Source: Paraspadella gotoi (taxonomy: Eukaryota; Animalia; Chaetognatha). Taken from it: a DNA stretch of 64,000 nt. The stretch lies in assembly GCA_051294375.1 (NCBI GenBank), contig CM119269.1, forward strand, positions 19,162,418-19,226,417, given 5' to 3'. The position numbers were made by a program, and so were the translations under genes. Below, one piece after another: positions 42,776 to 57,700 of the stretch. Position 1 is the first letter of the stretch. Each line of letters starts with the position of its first letter. The notes under the pieces were generated by a model. That model was not told the DNA's origin and did not search any database. It saw only the letters and a list, made by a program, of their open reading frames with translations.

Positions 42776-45700
42776 TCTCTCTCCCCACTCCCCAGAGACC
42801 TTCGGCGAGGACGAAGGTTTAAAAGCAGAGTCTGAATGCACAGACTGCCCGCCGGTCACGGATGCCCGCGGGAGGGTATGACGGAACCGGAGCCGTGCGG
42901 GAAGGGAAAGTTTTCGGTGAGTTACTCGGTTTACCTACTAGTTTAGTTAATTTCCAAAAATAAAACAAAGATTACTTAAAATTCGCAAAATCTATCAGAA
43001 ACCAAAGGACGTGTGCTTCACCTGTTGGGCGGGTCACTACTGCGATTCGGAAAAAACTTCGTTGCAATCCATGATGGACGACAAAAAATGTCCGGCTGGA
43101 ACTTTCTGTCCTCAGGGACAAGATTCTCTTCCGGATCTCACGACCAACGCCTGCAAGCTGGGCCACTATTGTCTCAAAGGGGTAAATAGGAAGGACCTCG
43201 AGAGTCGAGAGATGTTTCCTACTTTATGGTCAAGCTATCAAATTATAATAGTGTTCGTGCGGAATTAGGTGGTTTTCTTAAGTGATAATTTCTCGTAGTT
43301 AAGTAGATCGGATCGTACGAGATAAATGAAGAGCACATAGTAAGAGGGCATGGGAAGAAAACATTGATGGCAAAAAAAAGTGTTTTTTTAATTTCTTAGT
43401 TGAAAAGCGATGAAACAGATTTTTAGAGAAAATTTCGGTTCTAATTTGGGATATGGGTTAAGGAAATTGAAGAGATAGAGAGACAGAGAGAGAGAGACAG
43501 AGAGAGAACTCACTTGATTATCTCCTATTCATATAGTTATATCTTGTTCACATACCAGACCAAGACAGAACAACCTTGTCCAAGTGGAAAGTACGGCCCA
43601 CGAACTGGACTCAGAAATGTCACGGAGTGTCTTCAATGCCCACCTGGGTATTTTTGCTACCCAGAGGGGATCAGTGAAATTGTAAGTCTCTTTCCAATAA
43701 GTATTTTTTTAATCAGTTCAATCAAGTGTTAATTTTCCATTTAAATATTTTCGTTTTCTTTTCTTTTTCTGTAGACCGAGAGTCAAGCGTGTCCAGACGG
43801 CTACTTTTGCCCAGAAGGAACGGGCCATCACTTGTCTAATCCTTGCCCAATTGGATATTACAGAAAACGTAAGATCTAAACTAAAATTAAACTTTATCCA
43901 GAATGGTATTATACTTAATAAAATCGTGAAAAAATTAGTTCATTTTGAGACTCCACTACATCAATTTTTGCATTCTTCATGATGATTAACTGAGAAATGT
44001 GCATTGCACATTATTCTATGTATGAATGACCAATTTATCTTGTCTTTCCTTCCAGGATCGTCAGCAATTTCCGTTAGCGACTGTACCCTCTGTATTTCGG
44101 GATTTTACTGCGACGAGCAAGGGCTGGCCACTCCAAAGATATGCCCTCGAGGCCAATTCTGCCCAACAGGCAGCTTTAACTCCACTCCTTGTGAACCGGG
44201 TTACTACTCCAACGCCACGGGGCTTTCCGGCTCGCACCAATGCAACCCTTGCCCTGGGGGAAGGTACTGCGCCGGATATGGGAATACTAAATCATCGGGG
44301 CCGTGCGAGGAAGGCTTCTACTGCAGAACTAAGGCAGTCTCTGAGGTAGGTCTTTCCTCAGGAGTAACTTATTTTTTTCTTTTTAGTTGATAATTAATTT
44401 CATTACTACGTAATAATTCTCACAAAAAAATTGACAAAAATATTTTTCTACTGGTTATTTAAACATCATTGTTTAAGTAAAAATCTAACTTTTATATAAA
44501 TTATATAAGTAAATATTTAAAAAAGTTTATTACCTGAACCAGATTTTCTTCCAATTAGGCGCCAGTTGACGGTGCGACTGGTGGGCTCTGTCTTAAGGGT
44601 GGTTACTGCCCAGAAGGGTCAGCTTGGCCAGAAGCGTGCAAGCCTGGGTACTACACAAACAAGATAGGAGCCAAAACTTTCAACGATTGCCTCTCATGCG
44701 ATCCCGGGTATGGAAAGGGTGAGGGATGCAATGAGGTTAACTTATTGTACGCAGTTTGATCTTTAATGGAGATAACATGTAAAAATCTGATCGATACAAA
44801 AACTAAGTTACGTATGTGTGATCTCATGTCATCTTGGCAATGTAGTGATGCGTGCAAAATTACTCATAATTTAAGAAAATATAGAAAAAATTGTTTTAAT
44901 TATTTACCTTACTATTTGCCTCGCCTCAACAGAAAGTATTGTCCGGGTGGTGCTGGCGAAGACGCCAGTCTCAAATGTCACGCGGGTTATTACTGCCCTG
45001 GAGGCTCTAAAGTCCCCAACGATAAGAAGGCAAAAGCGGGGCACTACAGCAAAGAAGGTAAGGTCTCAAAGTGTCCTTGCTACCTTTTTACTCTCTACCT
45101 TTTGGCCCCTCAAAAAATTAAAATATGTATTATCATTATCCTTATTATCATAATCTTCACAAATCTCCTGTAGGCGCTTACATTGACACACCATGCAATC
45201 CTGGCTACTATCAGCCCTCCAGTGGGCAGTCTGAATGTCGCCTGTGCATCCAGGGCAGCTTTTGTAACGAGACAGGCACGGCTGATGCAACGCTCTGCCC
45301 GAAGGGCTTCTACTGCCCTCTCGGAAGCGTCAATCCCATTGCGTGCCACGTTGTAAGACAATCGTTTTTGGAAGCATCAACTTCCCAGTCAGGCTTTTTC
45401 TTTCTTTCTTTCTTTCTTTTTTTTGTTTTTTTGTTTTAAATCTTTTCCCCCTTTCAGTCTCTCACTGACAGTTAAAATTTCCCTAAACCTTTCACCCTCG
45501 TAGGGAACTTACCTCGATGTGGAAGGTAAGGACTCGGAATATGCCTGCGAGCTCTGTCCCTTGGGGTACTACTGCAACGAAACGGGTCTGGCGAAACCGA
45601 AGGGAAAATGTGCGGCTGGTCACTATTGTAACAGGAGGAATTCTACTTCGCCGTTTCCAGTAAGAGAATACTTCTTACTAAAAAAACAGAGAGATAAGAG

Positions 45701-48700
45701 AGAGATATCGTTTTTAAAGTAATTTCGTCTGTTCCAATTATATCATGAATGGTACTAGCTTTAATGGTAGCTTCGTGACATAGGTTAAACACCATTACCA
45801 AAGCAAAATGAAAAAAAAAAGTCACCCATAGTCTATATTGCCCGGTCTTGAATATAATTTTTCGTCGACTTACCATTCATAACTCCCCCATTGAAGGACA
45901 AATCGGCTGGCGACGATTTTGGTGACATTTGCCCCCGTGGATTTTTCTGCATCGAGGGCACAATCACGCCAAAACAGTGCGGCAACGGAACTTACAGCAA
46001 CTCCACTGGCCTTAAGGCCGAAGAGGATTGCGAGCCCTGCGACGCCGGGCGGGTCTGTACGGGGCTCGGCCTGACTGAGCCCAACGGAGTCTGCGCTAAA
46101 GGTGCAGAGTGAAAGAGAAAATTTTTCTATTTTTATGCAGTTACCTTTATTTAACTCTGTTTGAATTTTCGCCTTTTCTTCCTCCTTTCCTTTTCGTCCT
46201 TTCCTTCCTTCCTTCCCTCCTTTTCGCCTTTCCTTTTTTCCCTTCTCCATAACTTTGTCAGGGTTTTACTGCTTGCGCGGCGCCAAAACTCCAACTCCCG
46301 AGGACAAGGTTACCGGGGGAATGTGCCCGGCGGGTTACTATTGCCCTCAAGGCAGCACTCATCCCCTGCGATGCCCTCCTGGGCTTTATCAAGAGAGCGA
46401 GGGCAAGGAGGCCTGCGACCCTTGTCCGGCCGGTTTCTACTGCAGGGGTGAATATATAGACGTTTTTTAGCACCTGATGGAGGGACATTATTAGTAAAGT
46501 GACAATATTCCTATTATAGTTTAGAGGAACTTTTAAATCACTTTTTAAAGCACTATTTAAAGAAAATGTTACAGCGTTTAAATTTTTTTTTTTTAAATCT
46601 TTAATTTTTTTAGACAAAAAAATTTAAAGCGTTAAAGCATTAAATATTGCTTTTGTTAATTGTTTTTGTGATCTCGTTGGCAGGAAACGAATGGAGCGAG
46701 TCCAAGAACCCCTGCCTTGGGGGTCATTACTGTCCCGATGGCTCCGAGTCAGGTGTGCCCTGCCCAAGAGGCACATTCAACAATGAGACGGAAAGGAAGA
46801 GTGTTAGTGCGTGCTCGCCATGTGTAAAGGGTAAGTAAAAAAAAAATAGAAGAGCTAACAGCAACGGGAAACCGAAAATGAAATTAAAGAAAGACAATAA
46901 AGTTTTTGATTCCACTAGGCCGATACTGTTTCGCCCTCGGTCTCGAAGATTCTTCCCAAATTCCCGGCACCGGAGAATGCGCGGCCGGATTCTATTGCGA
47001 ATCCGGCGTGACTACCGCCACCCCCGGAGCCCCCGAACCAACATTTGGTGCCAACCTCACGACCACAGACGCATCGCCAACATCCTCGCCCTGCAACGTC
47101 TCGACCGTGCCGGAACGTGGCGGACTCTGCCCCCGGGGTCACTTTTGTCTCAAGGGCGGACTCGGGGGCCCCAGCGGTCGGTATCCATCTCCTTGCCCCG
47201 TGGGAACTTTTTTGGGTAAGTTAAAGATGGACCGGGTTGCGATGTTCTCGAAGTTACGTGTCGTCCAATAAAAATTTGATCAAAATTTAACTAGAATAAC
47301 GTTAATTCATAAAGAAAATTAAGACCACTCGCAAAGTAAGAAACGGAAGCTAGCGGAGTATAACTACTTGATCTTTTTTCATCGGTCTTATTTTTATTTT
47401 AATTTTTTTTCAGGTATTTAAATTAAAAAAATTATAAACTATGCCAAATATAGAAGAAAATTAATTTATAATGGACTTACCTACCTTAATATAGGCTTTC
47501 AAATACATATATAGTAAGCTTATTATGATTTATGTTTTGATATAGAAATACTAAATAATTTAAATAATTAATATATGAAAAAATTGATACTTTGATTTTT
47601 GTTTAGCATGAATAAACATAATTTTTCAATTATTTGTTCATGATGCTTTTAATAGATTACTGGTTCAGTGATCCTTTTCAAATTATAATAATTGATAAGC
47701 TTCTTTATTTTAGTAATTACTGACTGCTATATTTATCTTACTTTGTGACAAAATCCAAAAATTACTGATATTAAAAATTATTGTATGTAAACAGACGAAA
47801 ACTTTTTTTAATTCAGATTGCTATTAATTTTTTGGAGGATATGTATATTGATCCTTGGACTAAAATTTAAAAAGTTTCAACAATCTCAACTCGACATTTT
47901 AAGCCAAAAAGTTAGGTTGTTTAAAAAAATGCAAGATGCAAAAAGTAATAAAAAGTTATTGTCTTGAATATCTTTTGAAAAAAAGAGGAGCAAGGTGGGT
48001 GTGGTATCCAAATTAAAGCCCCTAATCTGGGACACATTTTCTAGAACAGTTTATTAAAATTTTATCCATTAAATCTTTACACAGTTTTATTTAATACGAT
48101 TTAAAAGATATAACAGTGTTTTTGCATTACAATTTCAATGAAGGCATTATGAACATTTTTGTTTTTCTTTTGACATTGAAAGAGAAAGTCTGAATTACAT
48201 TCTGTAATTATATTAAATTTTCTCAACTTTCATAAATTGCTTGTATTTTTAGTTTAAATAAAAAACAAGCAAAAATTTGTAGTAGCTTGATACAAATGTT
48301 TTTTTTTAAATTGAAAATGATTAAATATAAAATTTTTTCAGTCTTGATAAAAACAGTCTGGAGTCTACCTTCTTGTTCTGTGAAAAAAACATAATCATTT
48401 TTTCATTATCTTCAACTGCAAAGCAAAAGCTGAATACTGCCTGTTTATCGTAATAAATTTTAAAAAACATTACTTAACTGCTGACATATTTGACAAAGCA
48501 AGACTCATTGTGTGTGAATTGTATTGCTAATATTTTTCTTTTAAATATAAAACCTTTATAAGGAATTTAATTCTATTATTTATCATCCATTTTAACTAAG
48601 AAAAAAATTCGCAAAAGGGATTCATTGAACTTGACTTAATGATTTGATTTTTAAGGTTTCTTTACTGCCGCCACATTACGCAAGACTAAAAAGGTCTATT

Positions 48701-51635
48701 ATAATATCATGTCATATTGTACAGATTTTCTCTACCCTTATATGCACCTTGCATTCTGATTTCTTTTTTTTCCTTTCAATGATATTAATTTAAAAAAATT
48801 AATTGATAGAGAACGTAACAGCATGGAGATACTGTGGAGCCTTAGTTACCCCACTCCCAATCAAATTTTTAAACAAGGGTTTTTTTTTTCATCTATTCTT
48901 AGACATTAACTCTAATATTGGTCACTATTTCTTTAAATTTTTTACATTCTCTTTTAGCGTAAGTCAAAGAAAACGTTTTGCGTGTTCATAAAAATTATTT
49001 CAGAAAAAAAGTTCAAATGTTTTCAAAATTTAAAAAAATCTATGAGGATCTACTATACTTAACACAATATCTGACGTTAATATGTATTTAGAACTTTGAT
49101 GCCCACTCCAAATAAAAAAAAAGTTAAATATACTGCTTTTCTGTCATATTTACAAGAGGCTCTTGAATTAAGGTTGTAAACCTACAAAGCAGTTCGAAAT
49201 ATAATTATTTATACATTTTGACAACCTTGTAAAAATGTCTAGTTGGGGATGATTTTAAATTTTTTGATTTTGTCAAAGGATAATTATTATATGCAGTTCG
49301 AAACAATTAAAATAGATTGATTTAAAAAAAGTTTGTGGTGTGTATACATAATTTTTAATAGTCGGAAGTAATTTTTGGATTTTGTCAAAAGTAGTAATAT
49401 AGCAGTCAGTATTATTAAAATAAAAAGAAGTTATAAATTATTATAATTGGAATTGATACAGGACTGAGCCAGTAGCTATTAAAAGGCGGGATCGTGAACA
49501 TTAATTAAATAATGTGATGGTTTAGTGTATGCTAAAAAAAAATGTCAAGTTAAAATTTGTTTTCATATATTAATTTTATGTAAATGTATTTAGTTTTCTA
49601 TGTAAAGAGCATCATAAGATAACGTGTACGTATATATGTATTTGAAGGGCCTATTATTAGGGTAGGTAAGTCCCTTATAATATAAATTTTTCTTCAATCA
49701 TTTGGCATAGTTATAATTTTTTTTAATTTATTATTTGAAAAAAAATTAAAATAATATTTTTAATTAAAGAAAAATTATTACAAATAAAACGTATTAAAGA
49801 TAGCAATTAATGGTTATGGGACTCAAACGAAAGAAAATTGTTCAAGATATGTATGATGCATTGAAGATTTTCATTTTAAAAAAATTTAAACCATTTTTTA
49901 ATTTTTTTTTATTCTACTTTATTGTTTTATATAGCATTAATTTTAATATTAATTATGAAAAAAAAACTGTCATGAGGAAAATTTGATTACCCTTTTTTTG
50001 TGTAGCCCAAAGTCCGGAAAACCGTATCCCGGGACATCTCATTCTTGTGCCTCCATGCCGATTTAAATCGATGTTAAAAAGGAACCGTTGCTTTCGTATC
50101 CAGTCTCGCGTCTCTCTNNNNNNNNNNNNNNNNNNNNNNNNNCGTCTTGCATTTCTAGTTTTCGCATTTTAGAACTTTTTCAAGATGGCGTCCTTACATT
50201 TTTATTTGTGGATGATAAGCTCCAGAGCTGTCGTGATTTTATTTAGAAGCAATAAGTTCGAAATGCCAACACAGTTAGCGATTATGATTATTATACTAGA
50301 AGTATATTGAGTTATAATTAACTCTTTTGCCTTATCCCTCTACTCCACTTCTTCCCAACTCAGACTCGGAGGGAGGCGCGTCGGCGTCGGATTGCCGACC
50401 CTGCTCGGGCGGCCGGTTCTGCTCCGGCGAGGGACTCGCCTCGCCTTCCGGTCTCTGTTCCGCCGGTTACTTCTGCCTCGGCGGGGCCGAGAAACCGGAG
50501 CCGGAGGATGACCCCAGTTCCGGCGGCGGCCCTTGTCCCGTCGGCCGATATTGTCCGGAAGGTGAGGGTTATTCTTTCGGAAGATTTTGGCGCCGAAAAG
50601 GTTTTCAACCGACGCTAAGTGGTGGTTGAAAATTTAATGTTTGTGAATGATTCTGCACCCATGGCAATTTATTCCGGGATCAGCCTTGTTTAGATAAATA
50701 ATATTAAATATTGTATAAACTATAAATACATTACATCATAAGCTTTACCTTTTTACTCTACTTCTTTAACACAAATAGTCACGATTAACTCTCTCTTTCA
50801 TTGTTTATCACCTCGATTCACCCACTCCGCTCTTTGCCGTAAACCATCAGATTTCTCTTTTTTTCCCTCTAGGACACACGTTTTTTTTTTCTTTCTTGAA
50901 ATCCGAAGGGAAACCTCGAAAATGTTGAGGGTTATTTATTTCTGCGAGGCGATCTCTAATTCTCTAATTCTCTAATCTCTATCTTACTCTCTCTCTCTCT
51001 CTCTCTTCTCAAATAAATATTATAATCTTTCCGATGTTATTCCTTCCTTTTTTCACTTCTCTGATGTATAAAAAAAACTTTTTTTCACTTTTTGAAATAT
51101 GATTGTTGGTCATTTATAAAGTTTTTTCTCCCCACAAAAATCAACATCGATTAAGGTACGGAGCACCCGCTGCCATGCCCGTCTGGCCGCTACAACGATG
51201 AACCGGGCTGGTCGGAATGTCGGCCCTGCCCGCAGGGATTTTCCTGCCCGGCTGGGGTGACGAGATTCGACCAAGCACCGGCCTTTCCGTGCCCTGTCGG
51301 CCGCTACTGCCCGGAGGGCACGGTGGCCAACGCCGAGCCCCTGTGCCCGCGAGGAACATTCAGGTTTGCTGGCCGATCGGAAAAATAAAGTTTCGCCGGA
51401 GAAATTAAAATAAATTAGCAAACAATAACAACCATTTCTCAGAAACGAATCGGGCGGCGCTGACGCTTCCGACTGCCGCCTCTGCGACGGCGGCCGCTAC
51501 TGCGATGTGGACGGGTTGTCGGCGCCGGCCGGAGAATGCAGCGCCGGGTTCTTTTGCATCGGCGGCGCTGTTTCAAAGACACCCAGTACCGGAAGTGGCG
51601 TTATGGAATGCGTTGATGAAGGTAGGAGAGAGAGT

Positions 51636-51671
<36 letters not shown>

Positions 51672-54600
51672 AAAAAAACAAAAAAAGGGAGACTCATAAG
51701 TTTTGTTTTTTAAAGCTTCAATTTGTGCCGCTTTCGGAAACAAGACGAGTGGTCCGTGCCCTGTTGGCCATTACTGCCCCGTCGGGACCACCATTCCCCT
51801 CTCATGCGACGAGGGACACTTTTGCGGAAAAGGAGGGCTATGGGAACCTCAAGTTAGTAGAGATTTTATCCAATCTTTTGTCACTTCTTCTTAAGTCACA
51901 ACCGTAACCTCCAATTTTTAAAACATGCATCATTCGTATTGGGACTGATTCTGAAATAAACTGATTTTTCTTACAGGGTCCGTGTCACTCCGGCTTCTAT
52001 TGCAAACCGGGATCATCAGTTCCGAATCCACAAAATTCCACTGAGGGTGACTTGTGTCCCGAAGGAAGATATTGCGGTGAGTCAAAAGTAGTCAGAAAGG
52101 GTAGACATCTTTACTTAAACTTAAAATCAGTCATCACTTTCTAAAGCTTGGTATTATTCCATGTAACCCTCAATATTTTTAAAAAATTCAAATTTTAAAG
52201 ATTGTATTTTCACAATGACGGGGAAATAAATTTAAACAAGCAGTAAGAAAATGCATTATCAGTATAAAATACACAAGAAACCTCGTTCTTCTATTATTAT
52301 TGACTTTTGCTTCGTGGTTAAGTACATCGATGTGTTTTAGCAGAAGAGAGAAAAAGTTGAACCTCATTTTTGATGAAAAAATAATACACTGAGGCGAAAA
52401 AAAAAGGAAACGACTTGTTAGCTTCAAATATCTTCGTTCCACCTTTAACAAAAAATATTAATTAAAACTATAGCTCTTTTAAAGATCGTTGCAAGAAAAA
52501 TTTAAATTAGTTTAGGTAGTACTTTTTTTTGCGCCACAGTGTAAAAGGGAATGAGGATTGTTGTGTTAGATTTGGGATTTTTTAGATTTGTGATTTGTTG
52601 GAATTTGGTCGGATTTGGTTGTGTAGTACAGCCGAGGGGAGAAAAACTGGCATTTGATGAAGGTAAATGAATGGGCTTAAGAAATACCAATAAAAATGTT
52701 GAAATCATGTGGAGTTTTGTTTCACCGATTAAAAACCAAATCATTTACTTATTCTTTTTTGTACTTTATAAGTACAAAAATTGTATCATCATTACTACTA
52801 ATTTTACAATGTACCAATTGATCAACCAACATGGTTGTCAAATATTTATGGTTTAAATCAAGAGCAGGACCAGCTGCGATAAAAATCTTAACTTCTGTTA
52901 ATTCTCTGTCTCTCCATCTCTCTGAAAAAAATGTTTCGAAGTCCCACATGCCCGACAGTCCGGTCTCAGATTTCCGCTGCAGGATCGTCCTGATTGAAGC
53001 AGCACCAACTGTAGGTCTTCACGTGAAGAGACTTGAGGGTGTCCCGGAAGGCGGCTCGAAGGGCCTTCATGCGGAGAGCGTAGACGAGCGGGTTGATGGC
53101 CGAGTTGGCGATGCCGGCGAAGAGAAAGGCGATGCGCGCAGTGAGGAAATCTTCGGTCACACGGGCTGCAAAAAATGTCAAAATTAAAGAAATATTATAT
53201 ATTATATTACAAAAAATTAATTGTTTTTTCGCGAAAAACTTTCGTTTCTTCTGAAAAAATATGTTAAAATATTTAAAAAAAAAAAATTAAAGACGATTAT
53301 ATAATGGGGAGTGATGGAAATTTTAATATATATATAATGTATAGAAAAATATTTGAAAATCGTGAAAGAAGAAAAGGATGAAAATATGCAATTGAATGTT
53401 AGTATCAGCACTAAGCAAAGATTAAAGGATAGATCAAAGCGGAAAAAGAAAGAGAACAATAAGAAAAGATAAGGAAACAAAAACTAAATCAATCTCACTG
53501 GAGGAATTGTAGACGAGAAGAAAGTGAAAGGGCGTCCAACAGAGAACGAAGATCATGACGATGATCATCATCGACGTCGTCTTGTGCAAAGAACGCTTCA
53601 GCTTGCCCTTGGACCCGAAGGCCTGCTTGGTCAGCGGAGACGACTCCGAGTCCACCGAGTTGAGGGAACCGTTCAAGGCTCCGATCAAGACGCCCCCTTT
53701 GATCCGCTCGACCAGGTGAGGCTGGCGGAGCAGCGTGGAGACGGCTGACGGGGCGGCGCTGACGTCGGCCGTGGCGTCAGCGGCGGAAGGGTGGGTGGCG
53801 TCGACGAGACTCTCCGAGGCGACGGAGGGTTCGACGCCAGAGTCGGCCGAATCGATGGATCGGTGGACGGTCATGCGACTGGAGGGTGGGGAATAAGGGG
53901 ATAGAACGACGAATAGGTATTAGTGGTTAAGAAAAGAAAAATTTACGCGTCAAAGACTCTTTTGTCAAATTACTACCTCAATCCGTAGACGGAATTCCCC
54001 ACGCTCATCAGACCTTGAGATATTTCCGTCGAGCACGCCTGAATTAGCGTAAAAAATGTTTTATTTAGATGGCGTTATAATTAAATTGGGCTATTCATTT
54101 CGCCATCGCGCGGAGAAAAAAAATTTGCGACCGATTTTCCCGCACAGTTGATGGCAATGTCAAGAATGATTAGTTATTTTTTTATTTTTTTATTTTGGCT
54201 CAATGAAATTTTCTTTTTTTATTTTTGGCTCAACGAAATTGATTATGGTAATTAGATAAATTTAAATTTAATCAAATCGATAAAAGTTAAAAACTGTTTA
54301 AGCGAAAACTGACCTCGGAGGAACTCTTATTTTCCAGCCGAGTCGCCGACAACATTTCCGACAAAATTTGTTGCTTGTGACACTGAAAACGAAACGATGA
54401 CATTATAAATATTTTTACGTATTTTTTGAACGTTGTACCAACACAAACGGATCTTTTATTTAATTTTTTTTTCATTAGTTATTTTCTAAATTATTTTCAT
54501 GTTTGAAACAAAACAAAGCGTCCTCTTTCTCTCCCTCCTCACCTTAGCCGTTCTGAAGATGACGTAATAGAAGCCGAGCATTATTATTGTAAAGACGGAA

Positions 54601-54706
54601 TACTGTGCCGAAAGGAAGATGAGATACCACTGTGGCAGAGCGCACTCCATTATGCAAACGGTGTAGTCCCTAGCGGAGATTAGAAGGTTCCGTCGTACAA
54701 ATCTCG

Positions 54707-54752
<46 letters not shown>

Positions 54753-57700
54753 TTCTCTCTCTCTCTCACCTTCTTTCTACGTGAAATGGCGTTCTCTCGT
54801 TCCACGAATGGAAACGAATCGGGAGACAACCGACGACCAAGGAGTAGACCTGAGGGATAGAGAGAGATTAGAGAGATATTATTAAGGGGCATCGGGGGGT
54901 GAAAGAGAAATAAATAAATAAAGAATGAAAGAAAGAAAGAAAGAAAGAAAGACAGAAATCAATCAATCAAGTTCATACTATTTTACTCACCCAAACTGCG
55001 GTAATTATTTTGATTCCCCTTCGTTTCGTCATTATTGTGTGATAATGCAACGGGTAAGTTATATAAATGAAGCGATCCAGGGCTGAGGAAGACAGTAAAT
55101 GTGTGTCTATAATTTATAATTATACAAGTATTATCATCTCCGAAGTTTTCCCTCTACGAACTTACCAACTGCGAGCAGAGTAGCTATGGAGCAAGTGTAC
55201 GATACGAAGACAATGATAAACATAAACAAACAAACAGTTTTGTTGTTGTAGAGATCGGGAAGCATGTAAAACAAGGACCATGTCGGCATCGTTATTCCAA
55301 CTGACATTAAAAAAATATATATATATATATGAAAGTTTAGTTCATTACGCTTTAGTCTCGGAGAGAAGCGGCCACAAAACCTTACCCATGCAGTCGGCGA
55401 CGGCGAGATTCAGAATGAAAGAGTAGGTAAGGTTGTGAAGATTCCTGTGAGTCGCGATGGACGCGATCACCAAAGCGTTGCTGATAAAAAAAAAATAGTG
55501 TAAAAAAAAAACCATTTGGTTTTCTCCGGGAAAACGAGACCAATAATTAACGAAAAGTGCAGAGAAAAATATCGTGTCAAAAGTCGTGAGTCTCTCATTA
55601 AATTAAACCTGATCACTGTGATTGGCGTGAGAAGAAAGTAAGTGGTGATCCATGCCATCGAGATGAATTCGTTGCTGGTTGTTTTGTTCTCGAAACTCTG
55701 ACAAGTTTGGAGCCGTTCCAGGGCGAGGGAGTTGCACTGCGGAGGAAGAAAGGGGGTGATCGGGGGGGGGGTGTTGTGGATTTAGCGGTGGTGGTCAAAA
55801 TTATAGGAAAAATCGAGAGAGGTGATATAAGATACTGTAGGCGTAGCGTAATGACGAGAAATAAATGACTCCCGATTAATGGATTAAGAAGGGAGAAAGA
55901 GAGAGAGAATGGGGCTGACAGTGAATGAATAATGATCGAACTAATTAGTATTTGAATTAATATATAAAAGGATGTGTGAAAAAAATATAACTCTAAAAAA
56001 GGGATTATGCGCTGATGAAGGTTGGCAAAAACGAGAGCCGGAACATGTATTCTGTTTTCATTAAAATCTTCTTTTTTTTTTGTGAACAAAATTATACTTT
56101 GTTTTCTCTCTAAATAAGTATGAGAGGAAAAAAGATAAACTAAAACAAATAAGAAAGAACTTACGTCCTGCATTTCGCCGTCTAATAATTGCGACGATAT
56201 CGCTGTCGTCTCTGTCGTCGTCGTCTCGTTCTGTATCGTCTCCGAAATTTGATTAACGACGATGACAACGAAATCTTCGAGAAGCGAGGAATTCGAAGGG
56301 CGAATCTGCGACGAATTAGAAGGGCGAATCTGCGACGAATTCGAAGGATTTGGAGGCGAAATCCTATGACGATTTTGCGCCCAATTTTCCATCAGTAAAG
56401 AGGCTCCGATTGTTAATCAATAATTTGTTCAATCATCGTTTTGTATTGATTTAATTTCGGAGGGTAAATTGTTCTCTTGTTATTTTAAGTTTTTTTTTTC
56501 GATAGTTTCTCAATCAATGGTTTTTCGGTTTCGTTGTAACTTGGTTACAAACGCCGCTCATCTTAAGTTTTCACGTATTTTTTTTCCTGCTTTTTAGACA
56601 ATTTTGTGAATCTGTTTTCGGTTTGTGTTTTTCATCATGTCACAAGAAGTGTTTTAGTTTTTGAGGGAAAAAGACGCCACTGGTTTTCGGTCGTTTAATA
56701 ACCGGAAACGAAAACTGAGGGAGAAAATAATTAAACTGTCAAGTTAAAAGGTTAAAGGTTAAAGGATTAAAAGGCCAAGGCAAGGATTGACGAGACGAAA
56801 CGAAGAATAGTTAAGGGCGTAGAACCTTATTTATACAATGATATTGATATTGATTGAGAGATGATATTGACATAAGAAATATTATTATTAAGCTATAAGC
56901 ATAATGAAATTGAAAATCTGTGAGAGATTTATTCTTTTCTCTGGCATTTTTAAAAAAAAAATGTAACAATAAATTATTTAAATATTCATTCATTCATTCA
57001 TTCATTCATTCATTCATTCATTCATTCTTTCATCTATACATTGATATCGATCTATTCTTACGTTCTTAGCGTCGACAAACGGAAATGGTTTTTGTGAAAA
57101 AAAAGAAGTTTTTTTCGCATTTTTCACGATTGACGATTCGTGAGAAAAAGTTTTCATCGAGAGGAGATAAAGCGAACGCGTTCGGTGAAGATGGAAAGAA
57201 AGATCGTGAAAGAGAGAGAGAGAGAGAGTGTCGCGCGCGTGCTGCGTCGAAATGAAACGCCCAGGCGAAAACCGCTCACGCGAGTCCGTCACGCGTTCGC
57301 GGTTGCTTGCTACGCGTGACTCGAGCGCTTGCTTCACGCGACCCTAGTGCTTGGTTCACTGGGCACGTGCGCTTTGACTCTCGGCGCCACGTGAGCTCTG
57401 AAAATTCCCCGCCTCGACGATCACGCGTCGTCGTCGCGATTACGACACAGATTTCGGGGGAAACAAAAAAAAATACGCCAACTCTAATTTGGCTTTGAGG
57501 TCGAAAATATGGTTGTTTTTTTTTTGCTTTTGTTATTATTTGATTTTTGGTTTTCCCTTTTTTTTTCCCCCGTTTTCCGGTTACGCAATCACGGTTTTCG
57601 TTCGTTTCGCTTCAAGTTAAAATGGGTTTGTGATTTACCGGGTTTTTCGTTCGACTACAATTGGTGAATGCGGTACAAAAAATAAGTGCATATCTTTTAT

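Larger units (their letters stand above)
18591..47390. repeat. ~14.3 kb direct duplication (18591-33133 and 33226-47390) joined at a 25-N gap
   Basis: Colinear match of introns, exons and nested genes. The copies differ by dense 1-nt indels plus a few larger indels. Confidence 0.92.

Noticed and set aside
55613-56392. 259-aa ORF as a single-exon gene
   Set aside because: Only the first 76 codons are GPCR exon 1; the rest is intron read-through.
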